A stretch of DNA of 64,000 bases from a virus, in the IMG/VR virus record IMGVR_UViG_3300032397_000005, positions 32,001 to 96,000 of that record; one strand, given 5' to 3'. The notes beneath the pieces were generated by a model, which saw nothing but the letters and a program-made list of their open reading frames with translations, searched no databases and had not been told where the DNA came from. Below are positions 9,616 to 19,142 of the stretch, in pieces. Positions within the stretch are counted from its first letter, which is position 1; each line of letters starts with the position of its first letter. The translations under genes were made by a program, and so were the position numbers.

Positions 9616-9879
9616 ATGAGCGAGCCAACCTACGTGAAGATCTACCGGGTCAGCGAGGCGTTTGAGGTGGAGGTGGATGAGGACGCGTTGGGTCCTCCCG
9701 GTCCCGGGGATGAACCCGGGCGACCTGCGCTCCGGGAGGCGCTCCGGATGGTTCGCGCTGGGGAGCTGGAGGGCGGTCCACCGGACGCTGAGTTCGTGGC
9801 CTTGGCCTGGGATGAGACGGCGCAGGTGAGTGCGGCCGCGCTGATGGGGCTGGAAGAAGTGAGGGGGAGGCGGCGATGA
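9616..9879 (+). CDS. hypothetical protein
   Basis: ORF in operon. Confidence 0.55.
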   Translation: MSEPTYVKIYRVSEAFEVEVDEDALGPPGPGDEPGRPALREALRMVRAGELEGGPPDAEFVALAWDETAQVSAAALMGLEEVRGRRR

Positions 9880-10502
9880 GGATCCTTGTGACGGGTGGCG
9901 CTGGATTCGTGGGATCCCACGTGGTGGACGAGTTGGTCTCCCGGGGTCACGCGGTCCTGGTGCGGGACGACCTCTCGACGGCGGAGCTGGAGGAAGACGG
10001 GAAGACGCCGCGCTGGTTTCGGAAGGGGGCTGCCTACGTTGACTGCGCGATGCCGTACATGAAGAAGGATCTGAATATCCTGGAGGCGGTCGTTCACCTG
10101 GCGCTCCGGCACCCGCTGGAGCGGGAGCGCGCGTGCTGGGTCGCCGCCTTCGACGGTTACGTTACGGGTGGGGTCAGACTCCTGATGGACCTCCTGAACG
10201 CGGGGGCTCCGCTGAAGCGATTCGTCTTCGCGGGTCCGGTTAACGTCCAGGGCGTGAAGAAGTCTGCGGAGTTCTCCATGGTGAACGGGCTAGTCGACTT
10301 GCTTGGGTACTGGCACCGTCCACCGATGTTGGCGGTTCATTGCCTGCGGCTTCCGGAGCTCTCCGGGGAGCGGAGGGCGGTCCCCATGCCGGACGGGGTG
10401 ACGGGTCAGCGCGTGGAGACGGCGGCAATGATCCTGGCGAACCTGGCGGACGGCACATCACCCCATCACTTACACGTTGAAGTTCACTACGGTGACGCGT
10501 GA
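9876..10502 (+). CDS. NAD-dependent epimerase/dehydratase-like (extended SDR) protein, short and divergent
   Basis: MRILVTGGAGFVGSH, DDLS and VVHLA motifs; no clear YxxxK. Confidence 0.7.
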   Translation: MRILVTGGAGFVGSHVVDELVSRGHAVLVRDDLSTAELEEDGKTPRWFRKGAAYVDCAMPYMKKDLNILEAVVHLALRHPLERERACWVAAFDGYVTGGVRLLMDLLNAGAPLKRFVFAGPVNVQGVKKSAEFSMVNGLVDLLGYWHRPPMLAVHCLRLPELSGERRAVPMPDGVTGQRVETAAMILANLADGTSPHHLHVEVHYGDA

Positions 10503-10849
10503 TGGACGGCTACGCGGTGGTGAGGAAGTCGACGTTGGCCTGGCTCCTCGAGCTCTATCGGGAGGCGGGGGAGCGGCCGGACCTCCCGGAGGAGGTGGCG
10601 CGTGACCTCCGCGTACAGGTGACGCGGGACGTGAGCGTGCCCGTTGACAAGGATCGCCTCCGGGTGGTTGGTCCGGTCCTCTCCGCGGAGGAGCACGTCC
10701 AACTCCTGGAGGCGTGTGATGACTTGGATCTCCCCCGAGAGAAGCAGGCCGGGGCGTTCTGGCGCCTGGTGGTTCAGGTGGTCCATGAGATGCTGCGAAA
10801 CGAGGGGGATGCGGTACTGAGACTCATTGGAGGAGAAGATGGCAAGTGA
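10499..10849 (+). CDS. hypothetical protein
   Basis: coupled ORF. Confidence 0.55.
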   Translation: MMDGYAVVRKSTLAWLLELYREAGERPDLPEEVARDLRVQVTRDVSVPVDKDRLRVVGPVLSAEEHVQLLEACDDLDLPREKQAGAFWRLVVQVVHEMLRNEGDAVLRLIGGEDGK

Positions 10850-11522
10850 GGGAAGTCTGCGCTCGATCAAGGTGGCGCGCAAGAAGAAGAAGGACTTCGA
10901 GGCGGAGGTGCGGGAGGGGTTGAAGTCGGCCTCTGAGCAAATTCAGCGCATCAACGAGCACCTGGCCAAGATATTCTCGACCCTGAAGGAGGTGGTCAAC
11001 GCCAACAACGCGGCGTCGCTGATCACGGCCTCCGTGGAGCGGTTCCTGGACGGGAAGCACCCGGGTTGGGACGACGGGATCCGGGACGACATCCTCCGGA
11101 GGCGAAACCTCCTAGCGGAGCGGAAGGCGCTCCATGCGGAGGCGGTGGCGCAGATGAAACCGGACGCGGAGATCCCTTGTAGTCCTCAAACGGTACTTTT
11201 CCGATCGGAGCGAAGGGTCGAGTTGGCGGATCGTCTGTGGGAGGTGGGGAAGGAGCTTGGGACGGAGGTTCAAGATGGTGCGATCTCCGTCTCTCTCCTG
11301 CTCAAGAGCAAGTTGCCGGAGCGGGCGGACGCCAGGATCAAGGAACTGCGGGGGATGACGCGGGAGACGACGCCGGAGATCTCTCCGGAAGGCAGGAACA
11401 AGGAACTGCGGGGGACGACGCCGGAGATCTCACCGGAACTTGAGGTGATATTCAAGAAGTTGGAGGAGCGGGTGGCGGAGGTGAGGCGCTCCGAGCGCAG
11501 GCCCGTTGTCCCCGGAGAATGA
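10839..11522 (+). CDS. hypothetical coiled-coil protein
   Basis: GGAGGAG RBS before ATG 10839. Confidence 0.65.
   Translation: MASEGSLRSIKVARKKKKDFEAEVREGLKSASEQIQRINEHLAKIFSTLKEVVNANNAASLITASVERFLDGKHPGWDDGIRDDILRRRNLLAERKALHAEAVAQMKPDAEIPCSPQTVLFRSERRVELADRLWEVGKELGTEVQDGAISVSLLLKSKLPERADARIKELRGMTRETTPEISPEGRNKELRGTTPEISPELEVIFKKLEERVAEVRRSERRPVVPGE
11339..11438 (+). repeat. imperfect in-frame direct duplication (KELRG..TTPEISPE x2)
   Basis: caaggaactgcggggga...gacgccggagatctc(t/a)ccggaa at 11339 and 11399. Confidence 0.85.
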
Positions 11523-11805
11523 CGCCATCAACGTGGTCGCCGCTTTGGGTGGAGGGGTAGGCTGGAAACTTCCGATCGCGGAGTCCCAACGAACGTGAAG
11601 CAAACACTCTCCGGCAAGCGACGGCAGTCCCTCCCACGGAGGATGGACTCCAAGGTTGCTCCGGGGACCCTTCTTGGGCGGAAGTTGACGGGTTGCTACA
11701 GGTGCGGCCTGGAGTTCACACCGGAGGAGCTCCGGACGTTTCCAACGGAAGCGACCGTGGACCAATCTCGGATCTACGTCTGCGCGGGATGCGCTGGAGG
11801 GGAAG

Positions 11806-12159
11806 ATGTCAAGGATCCTGACGCCTGAGGCGCTGGTGGACGCGGCGGTGTGTCGGTTCTCCCGGTGGACGGAGCGGGACGCGGAGTTCAAGCGGAGATT
11901 TGGGCGGTGGACGCGTCCAAGCTTTGCTAGGCGCTACCCGTTGGCGGAGATGAAGCGGCTCATCCGCTGGTCCACCCTGGATCCGGAGATCCTTGACTTG
12001 GCTCCGTTCATCAACGAGATGCTCAAGGAGGACCGGAGGATTGCCGGGGAGATCGCCCTCTTTGTCTTCGAGGAGTTTAGGGATGCCTTCGCGACGGACA
12101 AGACGCTCAACCTGTTCAGGCTCAGCTACCTCAGACGCCTGGATACCTGCGGATTCTAA
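11806..12159 (+). CDS. hypothetical protein
   Basis: GGAGG RBS, ORF just upstream of RNR. Confidence 0.6.
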   Translation: MSRILTPEALVDAAVCRFSRWTERDAEFKRRFGRWTRPSFARRYPLAEMKRLIRWSTLDPEILDLAPFINEMLKEDRRIAGEIALFVFEEFRDAFATDKTLNLFRLSYLRRLDTCGF

Positions 12160-12168
12160 GGAGTCAAC

Positions 12169-14877
12169 ATGTCCGACGCTGACGTCACCTGCGCTCAACC
12201 TGCGTCCGCATCTCGTTTCACATGTAAGTCCGGGGATCCGCGGCCGGTCCGCCACTTCTCCAGGGAGGGGGAGGACGTCTGGGACGCCGCTGGGCCGTGG
12301 ACGCGTAGGACGGCGCGGATCGAGGGCGCGGGGGGAGCGGCGCTCTTCGAGCAGGAGAACGTGGAGGCGCCGGCCAGTTGGAGTCAGATGGCCGTCGATG
12401 TGGTGGCGTCGAAGTACTTCCGCGGGCGACTTGGGACCGTAGGAAGGGAGTATTCCGTCCGGCAGTTGGTGGATCGGGTGAGTAAGGAGATCTCGTACTG
12501 GGGCGGTCAGGATGAGTACTTCGAGGACGTCCCGCTCCGGGACGTCTTCCGGGATGAGTTGACGGTCCTCCTCCTCACTCAGCGACTCTCGTTCAACTCC
12601 CCAGTCTGGTTCAACGTTGGGGTGGAGCAGACCCCCCAGTGCTCGGCCTGCTTCATCAACTCCGTCGATGACTCCATGGAGAGCATCATGGACCTGGCCA
12701 AGACGGAGGGTCTCATATTCAAGCGCGGGAGCGGGGCGGGCGTCAACCTCTCCGCGTTGCGCGGGAAGAACGAGCCGCTTAGTGGGGGCGGGACGGCCTC
12801 CGGTCCGGTTTCGTTCATGCGGGGATACGACGCCTTTGCGGGCGTCATCAAGAGCGGAGGTCGCACGCGGCGCGCGGCCAAGATCATCATCCTAAACGTG
12901 GATCACCCGGACATCCTGGACTTTATTCGCTGCAAGCCGGAGGAGGAGCGGAAGGCGCGGGTACTGGCGAGCGCCGGCTTTGGCTCCGGGTTGGACGGGG
13001 ACGCGTCCGTCTGCTACCAGAACGCCAACAACGCCGTGCGCGTGACGAATGCGTTCATGATGGCGGCGGAGCGGGGGGATGCTTGGAAACTGTACGCGCG
13101 CAAGACCGGGGAGGTCATGGAGACCGTGAATGCGGCGGATCTCTGGGACGAGATCGTCTCGGCCGCGCACGACTGCGGGGACCCGGGACTGCAGTTCGAC
13201 GACGCCGCGAACGCGTGGAACACCTGCTTGGTGGACGGTAGGATCAACTCATCCAACCCTTGCTCTGAGTTCACGTTCCTCGACAACTCCGCCTGCAACC
13301 TGGCCTCCCTGAACCTCCGAAGGTTCCAACTAGAGGACGGTTCCCTGGACGTGGCGGCGTTCTCCGCGGCCGTGGAGGTCTCCATCTTGGCGCAGGACGT
13401 CCTGGTCGATCACTCCAGTTACCCCACGTCGAAGATTGCGGAGAACTCCAAGCGGTTCAGAGCGCTGGGTCTCGGGTACACCAACCTGGGGGCGTTCCTG
13501 ATGGCGGCCGGTCTTCCGTACGACTCGAACGTTGGTCGAGCCTACGCGGCCTCGTTGACGGCGCTCATGACGGGCGTGGCGTACCGCAGCAGCGCGCGGA
13601 TTGCGCGGAGGAAGGGGTCATTCGAGGCGTGGCCGCGCAACTCTCGCGCCATGACGCAAGTTCTTCAGAAGCACCAAAACGCAATCCGAGGCATCGACGC
13701 CGGTCTAGCGCCGATGGCGGTCCTCGAGGCGGCGCGGGACGTCTGGGACGAGGCTCTGGCGGAGGGGGTGGCCGGGTGGAGGAACGCGCAGGTGACCCTC
13801 CTCGCCCCAACCGGGACGACTTCGTTCATGATGGACGCCGACACCACGGGGGTTGAGCCGGACTTCTCCCTCATCAAGCGGAAGCGGCTCTCCGGTGGCG
13901 GGGAACTCCTCATGGAGAACGGCTCCATTGCGCGGGCGCTGGAGCGGCTCCTGTACGACGGGGTGGAGATCGAGCTGACGCTGAAGCACCTCCGGGATAA
14001 GGGGACGCTGCAGGGTTCCGAGGTCCTACCGGAGGACCTCGCGGTCTTCGACTGCGCGGCGGAGGACGCGGCGGGTCGGAAGATCTCCTGGACGGGACAC
14101 GTCCTGATGGTGGCGGCGGTCCAGCCGTTCCTCTCCGGGGCGGTCTCGAAGACGGTCAACCTACCGGCGGACGCCACCCCGGAGGACGTTGGTCAGGTCT
14201 ACCGCCTGGCGTGGCGGGAGGGTCTCAAGGCGGTCAGTGTCTACCGGGACGGGTGTAAGCGGGTTCAACCACTGGAGCGCAAGAGCGGGAACGGGGGGAA
14301 CGGGAAGTCCGTGGGGTGGGTCGCGTCGGTCCAGGTGGAGCGGGCGGCCGGGAGGGAGCGGATGCCGAGGGAGCGGGACTCCCGGACGCACAAGTTCGAC
14401 ATTTCCGGGCACGAGGGGTACGTCACCGCGGGGATGTACCCGGATAGGCGGCTCGGGGAGCTCTTCGTGGTGATGGCCAAGGAGGGGAGTACGGTTCGGG
14501 GCCTCCTGGACGCCTGGGCAACCTCCGTGTCCATTGCCCTCCAGTACGGCGTGCCGTGGGACGCCTTGGCGGACAAGTTCCGGCGGATGAGGTTCGAGCC
14601 AAGCGGGTTCTCGGACAACCCGGATATTGGGGCCACGACCTCCCCACTCGACTACATCACGAGATGGGTGGATCTGCGCTTCCCGGAGGGGAGGTTCGCG
14701 GATGTTCCACCGAGGGAGGAGGCGCCGGCGGCGGTCCGGGATGTCATCCAGCGCGTGGCGGAGGTGCTCCGAGTTCACGACTCCGGACCTCCCTGCGTGT
14801 CGTGCGGCGCCATCACGGAGCCCAGCGGCGCTTGCCACCGTTGCCCAACATGTGGAACCAGCACTGGTTGCGGATAG
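12169..14877 (+). CDS. nrdJ: class II (adenosylcobalamin-dependent) ribonucleotide reductase with C-terminal TSCPD/Zn-ribbon domain
   Basis: FNSPVWFN, SACFI, GGRTRRAA, NPCSE, APTGT, SKTVN motifs; C-terminal CxxC..CxxCxxCG. Confidence 0.95.
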   Translation: MSDADVTCAQPASASRFTCKSGDPRPVRHFSREGEDVWDAAGPWTRRTARIEGAGGAALFEQENVEAPASWSQMAVDVVASKYFRGRLGTVGREYSVRQLVDRVSKEISYWGGQDEYFEDVPLRDVFRDELTVLLLTQRLSFNSPVWFNVGVEQTPQCSACFINSVDDSMESIMDLAKTEGLIFKRGSGAGVNLSALRGKNEPLSGGGTASGPVSFMRGYDAFAGVIKSGGRTRRAAKIIILNVDHPDILDFIRCKPEEERKARVLASAGFGSGLDGDASVCYQNANNAVRVTNAFMMAAERGDAWKLYARKTGEVMETVNAADLWDEIVSAAHDCGDPGLQFDDAANAWNTCLVDGRINSSNPCSEFTFLDNSACNLASLNLRRFQLEDGSLDVAAFSAAVEVSILAQDVLVDHSSYPTSKIAENSKRFRALGLGYTNLGAFLMAAGLPYDSNVGRAYAASLTALMTGVAYRSSARIARRKGSFEAWPRNSRAMTQVLQKHQNAIRGIDAGLAPMAVLEAARDVWDEALAEGVAGWRNAQVTLLAPTGTTSFMMDADTTGVEPDFSLIKRKRLSGGGELLMENGSIARALERLLYDGVEIELTLKHLRDKGTLQGSEVLPEDLAVFDCAAEDAAGRKISWTGHVLMVAAVQPFLSGAVSKTVNLPADATPEDVGQVYRLAWREGLKAVSVYRDGCKRVQPLERKSGNGGNGKSVGWVASVQVERAAGRERMPRERDSRTHKFDISGHEGYVTAGMYPDRRLGELFVVMAKEGSTVRGLLDAWATSVSIALQYGVPWDALADKFRRMRFEPSGFSDNPDIGATTSPLDYITRWVDLRFPEGRFADVPPREEAPAAVRDVIQRVAEVLRVHDSGPPCVSCGAITEPSGACHRCPTCGTSTGCG

Positions 14878-14957
14878 ACGTTCACTCCTAGTCAAATTTT
14901 GGTAAGGTTCCACCCACTCCATCCCTCATCTTCACCTACTCCCATCTGAGGTGGTAA

Positions 14958-15377
14958 ATGGATCGAGATCAAGTCAACTTGGTGGACCCCACCCTGGAGC
15001 CGACGGAGCTTGCGGCGCTCCGGGAGCTGGTCAAGGAACTCCAGGCGGAGGGGTGGGAGGTCATCTCCACGGCTGTTGTTGGGATGGACAGGACGCCGGC
15101 GGCGGTGGTCCTCCGGAGGGGGGCGGTCGAGCCGCTGCGGACGTTTGTGGCCGCGTGTCGGAGCTTACTCCGGGCGGCGGAGAAGGTTCGGCAGGTCCCC
15201 GCGCTCTCGGCGGAGGAGCACGAGACGGTTCAGGCGGCGCGGTTGACCTGTCGGATCATGGCGGAGCGCGCAACGGTCTCCGGGGCCTCGTTTGGGACGT
15301 TTGCCCACGCGGTCATGGCTTCGGCGGTCCGCGCATACGAGGATAAGAAGGATCAAGGGCAAGGAGAGGGAAGATGA
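14958..15377 (+). CDS. hypothetical protein
   Basis: GAGGTGG RBS. Confidence 0.6.
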   Translation: MDRDQVNLVDPTLEPTELAALRELVKELQAEGWEVISTAVVGMDRTPAAVVLRRGAVEPLRTFVAACRSLLRAAEKVRQVPALSAEEHETVQAARLTCRIMAERATVSGASFGTFAHAVMASAVRAYEDKKDQGQGEGR

Positions 15378-16183
15378 ATCACTCACTAGGCTGGCGGAGG
15401 GACCTCCCGGATCACCGGGACTACACTCAGACGCACCCAAGCGTTGGCCCAACGCTGGCGCTATCCAAGCCGCTCATGCAGGTCTACGTGTCCGGGAGGG
15501 CGGGTAAGAAGGACCTGCGGGCGTTCTGCTCCCCAATCGAGGATCAGGGGGAACTGGGGTCCTGCACGGCACACGCGGGCGTTGGACTCATGGAGTGGTT
15601 CCAGCGCCGGGCGTTTGGGAGGCACCTCGACATGAGTCGCCTGTTCCTCTACCTTGTTGCCCGGAGAATGGTTGGGATCCGGGGGGACGAGGGTTGCTAC
15701 CTCCGGACGGTGATGCAGGCCATGGTGATGTTTGGGGTCCCTCCGGAGCAATTCTGGCCCTACAAGACGGCGGACTTCGACCGGGAGCCGGACGCGTTTG
15801 TCTACTCCCTGGCGGATGACTTCAAGGCGTACAGCTACTACAGACTCACGCCAAACGCGGGGAAGTCTCAGTTGGAGGTCCTCCTCGACCACCTGGACGG
15901 CGGGCTCCCGTTCATGTTCGGGTTCACGGTGTTCTCCAACATCTCAAACAACGGTTGGATTCCGGAGCCTCAACCGGGAAACACCGTCCTCGGCGGTCAC
16001 GCCGTGGCGGCGTTTGGGTACGACGACAAGATGAAGGCGTTCCTCATTCGGAACTCGTGGGGGACGTCCTGGGGCCACGAGGGGTACGGGTGGCTACCCT
16101 ACTCCTACGTGGAGCGGGGCCTGGCGGATGACTTTTGGACGCTCATTAAGGCGAACTTTGTCAACACGGAGCTCTTCAAGTAG
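15374..16183 (+). CDS. papain-like cysteine protease (peptidase C1A)
   Basis: DLR, DQGELGSC (oxyanion Q, catalytic C), GGHAV (H), IRNSWG (N), WG..GYGWLPY. Confidence 0.92.
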   Translation: MNHSLGWRRDLPDHRDYTQTHPSVGPTLALSKPLMQVYVSGRAGKKDLRAFCSPIEDQGELGSCTAHAGVGLMEWFQRRAFGRHLDMSRLFLYLVARRMVGIRGDEGCYLRTVMQAMVMFGVPPEQFWPYKTADFDREPDAFVYSLADDFKAYSYYRLTPNAGKSQLEVLLDHLDGGLPFMFGFTVFSNISNNGWIPEPQPGNTVLGGHAVAAFGYDDKMKAFLIRNSWGTSWGHEGYGWLPYSYVERGLADDFWTLIKANFVNTELFK

Positions 16184-16192
16184 GAGGCGCGG

Positions 16193-16639
16193 ATGGATGA
16201 AGACGCGGATCTGAGATGCACCGGGAGCTTGTCTCCCGGATCTCAGGGGGGTCACCCGTCGAGGAGAGTGTGGTCACTCAGATCAGGAAAGGAACCGGAG
16301 GCGGTCAAGGAGGAGATTGAGGTGGAGGTGAGCCTGAAGATGACGGTTCGGAACGGCAAGGGCGGCCGGGCAATCTCGAGGTGGGTTGTGCTCAGTCACT
16401 TTGGGTTCAACGTGGATAGGCTCAGGGTGGCGGCGGATCCCGTTCTACTCCTGGGAGCGCAGCGGTCCCTACCGGCCACGCTGAAGGTGTTTGTCGATGG
16501 TCACGGGGGAACGATCTGCGAGCAGCTTCGGGACCTTCAGGTCCGCGTTGCGCGGGAGGGTATCGTCGAGGTGATGGTGGGTCCCGAGGAGGAGTTGAAC
16601 CTCACTTCACTGGAGAACGTAGATGACAAGGGAAGTTGA
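16193..16639 (+). CDS. hypothetical protein
   Basis: AGGAGG RBS. Confidence 0.55.
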   Translation: MDEDADLRCTGSLSPGSQGGHPSRRVWSLRSGKEPEAVKEEIEVEVSLKMTVRNGKGGRAISRWVVLSHFGFNVDRLRVAADPVLLLGAQRSLPATLKVFVDGHGGTICEQLRDLQVRVAREGIVEVMVGPEEELNLTSLENVDDKGS

Positions 16640-16913
16640 GCCAGATGTTCACGTTGACGGGACCTCCTTGATGGTGAACGGAGTCAGGATCCACCTCCAC
16701 TTCCTGGACGCGTTCCGGGAGCTCCCGGAGGGGGGAACGGTGCCGCTGGTCAAGGTCTACTGCCAGGGCTGTCGGAAGTACAAAGTCGTCTCCCGGGTTG
16801 GCCTCCGTCACATGGGCGGCGGGGTGGTTGCCCTCCAGTCGAACTGCCACGAGTGTCGGGGCGTCATGAACGCCAGGAAGGCGGAGGAAGATGGGAGAAG
16901 GGCCACTCGCTGA
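16623..16913 (+). CDS. hypothetical Zn-ribbon protein
   Basis: CQGC...CHEC. Confidence 0.55.
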   Translation: MTREVEPDVHVDGTSLMVNGVRIHLHFLDAFRELPEGGTVPLVKVYCQGCRKYKVVSRVGLRHMGGGVVALQSNCHECRGVMNARKAEEDGRRATR

Positions 16914-17763
16914 GAGACCCCTGATTGCGGCGGTTAGGGACGCCTTGTCGGAGGCGGAGCGGCGCGGGCGGGAGGCGGGGCTCCGGGAGCGGCTCCGGAT
17001 CCCAAGGCTCCCCTGGGATCAGTTCTTCATGCTCCACGCTCACCTGACGGCCACTCGGTCCACGTGTGATCGCGGGCCGGAGCTCCTCCTGGATCCCGGG
17101 CGGCACGGCGTGGGGGCGGTGATTGTCCGGGAGAACCGGATGGTGGCCGGGGGCTACAATGGGTCACCTCCTGGGGAACCGCACTGCTCGGATCTGGTTT
17201 GCGCCAATTGCGCCGCGGACTACGTGAGGGACCCCATCGACCCGTCTAAGGACGACCGTGGCTTTGCCCGGGCGGAGATCAATGCGGGGAGGTGCCCGAT
17301 CTGCGGCGGGAAGATCCTGGGTGGTCACATAATGCGGGATGGTCATTGCGTCAGAACACTGCACGCGGAGGAGAACGCCTTGCTCCAGTGCGCCCTGGAC
17401 GGGACCACCCCGGAGGGGGCCGCGATCTACACGTCCGCCTCTGCGTGCTGGGACTGCTCCAAGCGGATCCTGAGGGCCAAGGTGGCGCGCGTGGTCTTTG
17501 CGGACGTGTATGACTCGCGCTACGGGCTCTCACTTGACGCCGTGGAGTTGCTCCGGCGGAATGAGGTGCAGATTGAGTACCTGGACGTTCGAGATGCGCT
17601 TAGTTGGGCCAGAGCTTCCTCTTTCAAGGTAGTAGGGGCCCGGGGTCGCGTCCGGTCCCACCCAGAGCGACTTGAGCGAGGAGAGGACGGGGGTGAGCCA
17701 AAGCAGGAGACCAGGAAGGGTCATCCGGTGGTGAATAACTCACCCGGGGATTGGGATCCCTGA
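16891..17763 (+). CDS. dCMP deaminase (ComEB-like) with inserted Zn-ribbon
   Basis: RSTC.R, VGAVIV, GYNG, HAEENA and CWDC motifs. Confidence 0.9.
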   Translation: MGEGPLAERPLIAAVRDALSEAERRGREAGLRERLRIPRLPWDQFFMLHAHLTATRSTCDRGPELLLDPGRHGVGAVIVRENRMVAGGYNGSPPGEPHCSDLVCANCAADYVRDPIDPSKDDRGFARAEINAGRCPICGGKILGGHIMRDGHCVRTLHAEENALLQCALDGTTPEGAAIYTSASACWDCSKRILRAKVARVVFADVYDSRYGLSLDAVELLRRNEVQIEYLDVRDALSWARASSFKVVGARGRVRSHPERLERGEDGGEPKQETRKGHPVVNNSPGDWDP

Positions 17764-17969
17764 TGCCTCCCTGCGTCATCTGCCTGAAGCGACCGCGTAT
17801 TGGGAGCCTGTTGTGCGACGTCTGCGGGCGGAGCTACGACCGGGACCTGCGGATTGGGGACGGGACGATCGCCGGGGCGATCCGGTGGGCGGCGCGCCGG
17901 GCGCGGTTCTTCGAGCGGCGCAGAGCGAGCTTCATTCTGAGAGAAGGAGGGAAGCGTGACCAAGTTTGA
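17763..17969 (+). CDS. small Cys-containing hypothetical protein
   Basis: ATG overlapping the upstream TGA; CxxC..CxxC. Confidence 0.5.
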   Translation: MPPCVICLKRPRIGSLLCDVCGRSYDRDLRIGDGTIAGAIRWAARRARFFERRRASFILREGGKRDQV

Positions 17970-18450
17970 GATGGAACTGAGGGACCTCATTAACAAGCAC
18001 AGCCTGGAGAACGCAAGTGACACCCCGGACTTCATCCTGACCCAGTACATCACCGGGTGTCTGGTCAACTTCTCCAACCGGGCGCGGGAGCGGGAGGGTT
18101 GGTTTGGGAGGATCCGCTCGCGGGAGGACGGGGAGGAGCTTGCGTTCAAGGTTGGGGAGCCCCTGAATAACCCCCACCGCGTGGCGGAGGCGGAGGAGTG
18201 CGAGCTGCTCTCCGCGCTGGTTCAGATCTTCCCGGACGCTAGTCACCGGGCGGAGGCGGAGCGGCGTCTGGCGGACGCATGTCAACCGTTCCTGGTCTGC
18301 ATCAACGGGACCGGGACGCGGGCGCGGATCTCCGCGGCGGCGCAGGTTGTCCTGGATGAGATGCGGGCGGAGGGGAAGACGGACGTTCAGGCGGTGGTTT
18401 CGGCGGAGGGGCGGGCGTCACGCGTGAACCTGACGTTCCGGAAGGTCTGA
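17956..18450 (+). CDS. hypothetical phage protein
   Basis: AAGGAGG RBS. Confidence 0.65.
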   Translation: MTKFEMELRDLINKHSLENASDTPDFILTQYITGCLVNFSNRAREREGWFGRIRSREDGEELAFKVGEPLNNPHRVAEAEECELLSALVQIFPDASHRAEAERRLADACQPFLVCINGTGTRARISAAAQVVLDEMRAEGKTDVQAVVSAEGRASRVNLTFRKV

Positions 18451-19013
18451 TGGGTCCGGTCCTGACCAAGCGGGAGAACCTCCGGAGGATCGAGTTGGGA
18501 CTCTACGGCAACCGCCTGCGGACGTGGCGGACGCTCGGGGATCTCCGCGCAAGTGGTTGGGCCGGGTTGGTGACGATCCGGACCCTCATGGGGGGCGGCG
18601 GACCCTGCGTCTACGACGTACCGGCGCTCAGCGTGGGGTTCGTGGTTGAAGCTCTCGGTCTCCCGGAACGGGACGTGTACTTCAACCAGGGCGCGGTGGA
18701 CTCCAGCGTGATCATTCAGGGGGAGTACCTGAACGACGTGGTCCGCGTGGACGGGCGGACGTTTGACGGGGTCCTCCTGTTCTCCACCGTCAAGCTGAAG
18801 ATGCGGGACGCCCTCCGGGCGGAGTCTCGGACCGTCTACGGCCTGGCGGGTCAGACGGCGCTCCGGGCGGAGATGACGCCCTCCAGCTGGGCGGACTTCG
18901 AGGCGCTCCTGGAGCTCTACCCGAGTCACGTCCTGGAGGTCTCCGTCTACGCTGGGACGGTTGGGGACGTTCCGGGAAGAAACGCGGTGGTGTGGGAGGT
19001 TCGTAGGTATTGA
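18450..19013 (+). CDS. hypothetical protein
   Basis: coupled ORF. Confidence 0.65.
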   Translation: MGPVLTKRENLRRIELGLYGNRLRTWRTLGDLRASGWAGLVTIRTLMGGGGPCVYDVPALSVGFVVEALGLPERDVYFNQGAVDSSVIIQGEYLNDVVRVDGRTFDGVLLFSTVKLKMRDALRAESRTVYGLAGQTALRAEMTPSSWADFEALLELYPSHVLEVSVYAGTVGDVPGRNAVVWEVRRY

Positions 19014-19142
19014 TTGGAGGTGCTTGGTGATTGCGTACATCCTGGCGACGGTGGGAAGTTCCTGGTTCCGGACCTTTCTACTGGTCTTGACCATCGTCGG
19101 CGTGCTCCTGTACGCCCTGGTTCACCTAGAAGGGAGGGATGA

